Part shown: positions 59,147 to 63,395 of the stretch, in pieces | Layout: each line of letters opens with the position of its first letter | How positions within the stretch are numbered: the first letter of the stretch is position 1 | NCBI GenBank assembly: GCA_001661245.1 | Contig: KV454015.1 | Location: 62,001-125,395 of the forward strand | Direction of reading: 5' to 3' | DNA: 63,395 nucleotides | From: Pachysolen tannophilus NRRL Y-2460 | Lineage: Eukaryota | The notes under the pieces: model-generated | The model's input: the letters and a program-made list of their open reading frames with translations, nothing else | The model's database searches: none | Told to the model about the DNA's origin: nothing | Translations under genes and position numbers: made by a program

Positions 59147-60700
59147 TTAATTGCCCTTGATACCGACTGAAAGACCTGCAGCGAGTCTCTTTTCGGTCAA
59201 TGCAGCGATAATTGCAGCACCTGCACCTGAACCATCTTCTGCTGGAACAATAACGATAGGATCTTCCTTGGTGTTCCATTGGAAGATATCTCTTAATCCT
59301 TGTGCTGCTCTTTGTTTAAAATTTGGATATTTTGTATATACGGATCCATCTGCAGCACAATGAGCGGTTTTATAACCTCTTTTTTTACATATAGCAGCAA
59401 TACCACAAATGGATAATCTTGCAGCTCTAGTACCAATGATTTCACAAATAGCACGGATCAATTTTCTTTCTGGTTCTGTAGTTACTATACCCAATTGAAG
59501 GAAAAGAGATTCAACATCACTTAAATTTTCATATGGATCTTCTTCAATTCTAGCAGGATATGAAGTATCCATAACATAAGGTTTTTGTAATTTAGAAAGA
59601 TTTTGATTTTCAAAAATAAATCCATCTTTTGCTAAATCTAATAAAATTAATCTTAATAATTCACCCAAATAATAACCAGCAATCATTTTTTCATAAGATT
59701 GTTGTCCTGGTCTTGGAGATTCTTGATCAATTTGAATATCATATTTTGTTCTTGGTAAAACCAAATGTTCATTATCAAAAGCACCATATTCACAATTAAC
59801 CGCCATTGGAGAATCTGGTGAAACATCCAGTGGTAACTTACCTTCCAATTTAGGAATATCTTTAACAACATCATAATATGCACCATTAACACCTGTACCA
59901 AAGATTAGTCCTAATTTTGCTTCAGAATCGGTATACATTGAAGCAATTAAAGTACCTGTTGTATCATTAATTAATGCAACAACATTAATTGGAACATTTT
60001 TTTGAGAAATGAATTTTTGTAACATTGGAACAACATCATGACCTTCAACTCCATCAATATCAAAACCTTTTGTCCAACGTTGTAAAACACCCATATTGAT
60101 TGCATCTTGAGAAGCTGGATAAGAAAATGTGAATCCTAATGGAAGTGGAGATGAAACACCTTCAGGGAATTCTTCTTTAACAAACTTATCTAAACAATCA
60201 GCAATAAAACTAAATAATTCATCAGCAGTACCAGTTCTCATTGAAGATGGTAAAGAATATTTTGATTGAGTAGTATCAAAAGTTCTATCACCACCAAGTT
60301 TAACTAATACAACTCTTAAATTAGTACCACCTAAATCAATTGCTAAATAATCACCTTTTTCTTCACCTGTTGGATAATCTAAAACCCAACCTGGAATCAT
60401 AGGAATATTACCACCTTGTTTTGATAACCCTTTATCCAATTCTTTAACAAAATGATCACTAATAGAAATCAATTTTTCAGGTTTAACTGTGAATAAAGTT
60501 TCAATTTGTTTAATTTGATCTAATAAAGATCTTGGAACATCCGCCATAGAACCCTTTAAAAAAAAATTAATATTTAGTATACTTTGAATTTTTTTTTTAA
60601 AAACTAACCGCTGTTAAAATAATAAAATAATAAAATAAAAAATTTTAAATAAATTACTTACTTTTCTTGATGGTGGAGCTTTTGGACCTAAATGAACCAT
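59147..60700 (-). CDS. HXK2: Hexokinase; exon 1 60700-60662, intron 60661-60554, exon 2 60553-59147
   Basis: Spliced N-terminus MVHLGPKAPPSRK|GSMADVP; DLGGTNLRV, LGFTFSYP, NDTTGTL and EDGSGAGAA. Confidence 0.93.
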
Positions 60701-61775
60701 TTTCGTAGTAATAATAGTAATAATAACAATAATAATAAAAAAAAAAGAATAATACCAATAAAAATAATAAAAAACGATAACGTCAAAAATCAATATTTTA
60801 TATTTTATATTTATATTTTATAAATAAAATTATCATCTATGTACCAGGTGACTCGAATATGGAGAACGTCCCACTGTTTGCATTGAACTTCAAGCATCTG
60901 TTGATGGTGGAGTGCAATTTTTTTTTTTTGGCCTTTTTTTCCTTTTTTACCTTTTTTTCCTTTGAAATATGCGGAAAATTCATGCAGGTTTATTTAAGCG
61001 TGCCCGGAAAATTTTTTAAAATTATTTGTGGGCGGAATCAGATTAAAAGGGGAGAAAAACCCCATACAGGAAAAATAGACTACTACATACATTAAAATAT
61101 AATTAGAAAGATCATTCAATATTAACCAATGCTGTATCTTGTAACTTATCATTCCACTTTGTTTTGATAAATAATCTGGAGTAAAATGAATAAAGAAAAA
61201 AAAATCTTTTTTTTTTTTTGAAGAACTCCAAAAAAAATTTACTGCTTCTCCACAATTTTATGTTTTCCTTAATAATATTGAACATTTGAAATGAATAATG
61301 TTATGAAAAAGAATGTAAAAATTTTAATGACACCTAGAGCTGCGACATGGCGATAATGATGTGGTCATATATATATGTAGTGACATGGTCATTAGATGAC
61401 CAAGTCGTGTGAACCACAAAAAACCTCCCCCCATTTAGTTTCCTTTTGTTATTTCTAACACTACCTATTAGTGGATGTTTTTTCTTCGGTAGTGCCTCGA
61501 AGTATTAATTAGTTTCAATAAAATAGTAATGTGGTAAAATGGTCGTGGATCTCCTTAAGTTTTGGCTCAATTTCGCCGTTTTAGGCAAAAAGGAAGTTGA
61601 AAAAGATTGAAAAGCTTTTTTTTTGTAATACTATAACGAGAAATAAAACTATGTATATTTGTTATATATATTATTACCATTGGCGGTTATTTAAATTTAT
61701 AAAATATATCAATTTTTATTATTAATTGTAGATTTTCACAAGTTGAAAGGAAAGAAAGAAAAATAATTGGAAAGA

Positions 61776-62990
61776 ATGTCGATTGAAGATGCAGAAGTTC
61801 CAAAAATTCCAAATTTTGAACTTTCTCAAAAACATTTTTTATTAAGGTCTGTAACTGCTAATGTACGCCACCCTAAAGAAATATTGGATGAATTAATTGA
61901 AGAAATTAAAAAAGAACATTTACTGCCATATTATTATTATTTATATCATACTTTGAAAATTCCAAATTTGAAATGGGATCAATCATTATATCAATCTTTA
62001 ATTGAAGAAAATGAAAAAGAAATCTTATTATTAAAACAAAAAATTAAAGATGTTGAAAAAGAAGATGAAGGTGAATTAGAAACTGTTAAAGGTTGGATTA
62101 AATTAGGTGAATATTATGCTAAAATTGGTGATAGATCAAATGCAGTTGATACTCTTCGAGAAGCTCAGAAATTGGCTCCAAGTACAGGTTCAAAAATTGA
62201 TATATTATTAACAATAACTAGAATTGGGTTTTTCTTTGATGATAAGTCATTTATTAAATCTTCTTTAGATCAAGTTAATAATTTAATTGAAAAAGGTGGT
62301 GGAGATTGGGAAAGAAAAAATAGATATAAAACTTATCTTGGAATTTATTTAATGTCAACAAGAAATTTTACTGAATCTTCAAAATTATTAATTGATTCAT
62401 TAGCAACTTTTACATCAACTGAATTAACATCATATGAAGATATTGCAATGTATGCTTTAATTTCAGGTGCTGTAACATTATCAAGACCTGATTTGAAAAA
62501 AAAATTAATTGATTCACCAGAAATTTTGGCAATTAATGGTAATTCAGATAAATTAAAACCAATTTATAATTTGATAAATTCATTATATTCATGCAAATAT
62601 GGTTCTTTTTTCCAACATTTGTTAGATACAAATGATCAAATCTTATTAAATGATAAATATTTGGCTGCTCATTCAAGTTATTATATTAGAGAATTAAGAG
62701 TAAGAGCTTATGCTCAATTATTGGAATCTTATAAATCTTTATCTTTAAAATCTATGGCTGATCAATTTAAAGTAAGCATAGATTTTTTGGATAAAGATTT
62801 ATGTAAATTTATTCCAAATAAAAAATTAAATTGTGTCATCGATAGAGTCAATGGTATTATTGAAACTAATAGACCTGATAATAAAAATAGTCAATACCAA
62901 CTTTTAATTAAAAATGGTGATTCACTTTTAACAAAATTGCAGAAATATGGAGCTGCAGTAAGATTAAGCGGTGCTGAGCGTGTGAATTAA
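61776..62990 (+). CDS. RPN7: 26S proteasome lid subunit Rpn7
   Basis: ATG at 61776. GGDWERKNRYKTY, STFTSTEL-like motif, AYAQLLESY and PCI domain LNCVIDRVNGIIET. Confidence 0.97.
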   Translation: MSIEDAEVPKIPNFELSQKHFLLRSVTANVRHPKEILDELIEEIKKEHLLPYYYYLYHTLKIPNLKWDQSLYQSLIEENEKEILLLKQKIKDVEKEDEGELETVKGWIKLGEYYAKIGDRSNAVDTLREAQKLAPSTGSKIDILLTITRIGFFFDDKSFIKSSLDQVNNLIEKGGGDWERKNRYKTYLGIYLMSTRNFTESSKLLIDSLATFTSTELTSYEDIAMYALISGAVTLSRPDLKKKLIDSPEILAINGNSDKLKPIYNLINSLYSCKYGSFFQHLLDTNDQILLNDKYLAAHSSYYIRELRVRAYAQLLESYKSLSLKSMADQFKVSIDFLDKDLCKFIPNKKLNCVIDRVNGIIETNRPDNKNSQYQLLIKNGDSLLTKLQKYGAAVRLSGAERVN

Positions 62991-63395
62991 CTAACATGTA
63001 TAGATAAATAGATATTTATATATATTTACATATATAAAAAACCTTAAATCTTTAAAGCTTAGGGCCGATATAGGCTAGTTATTTTGTTTTCACTCATATC
63101 ATCATTTGTTTAAAAATTTAAAGCTTTGAAACTCAACGGAAACGAAACCCCGTTTAAAATAAAAAATAAAAAAATACAAGAAAAAATGTACGATATTTCC
63201 GAAAAAGTATCTTTTAAGAATCTATACATTGTAAATCAAAATTGCTATTCCTTATACATATCAAATTATTGAAAAATTTATATCGATATTGTGTCCTTTT
63301 ATCAATTCAGAATAAAGATAGATCTCAAATGTAAATAATTTGTGTTTTTTGTATATGTGTTAGTTTACAAATTAAAAATTTTATTTCTGAATTAA

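Overview
This is AT-rich eukaryotic DNA from a budding yeast (Saccharomycotina), so the ORF track's GTG/TTG starts and its CTG=Leu translation do not apply. CTG codons fall at conserved Ala positions (Rpn7, Rim2, catalase, a Wbp11-like protein). This places the organism in the CUG-Ala clade; Pachysolen tannophilus is my best guess, by inference only. The window holds about 31 protein genes, mostly housekeeping: partial VPS73-like, MUP1-like, FMO, ATG33, ILV5, tandem HIT, MRPL20, KAR9, peroxisomal catalase, a 32-aa metallothionein missed by the ORF track, PCH2, complex I 51 kDa, GDT1, Cwf18-like, RPS9, RIM2, MED8, Wbp11/AIM4-like, ATP4, ERG20, QCR8, NNK1-like, MIG1, SMC6, SWI3, COY1, DUF5315-like, PGI1, MSI1-like, MPS1, ARP2, HXK and RPN7. 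It also has tRNA-Gly(GCC), a solitary 5S rRNA gene, five spliceosomal introns and two assembly gaps. The best leads are: (1) an unidentified, highly structured GC-rich RNA of about 140 nt downstream of RPS9, ending in a T run; (2) a metallothionein whose terminal intron switches the C-terminus from -TTK to the PTS1-like -TKL; (3) a multi-helix structure with a possible kissing loop in the RPS9 intron; (4) three -1 frameshifts at A7 runs in PCH2 and SMC6, probably sequencing errors. Gene identities come from recalled family motifs; no database search was run.
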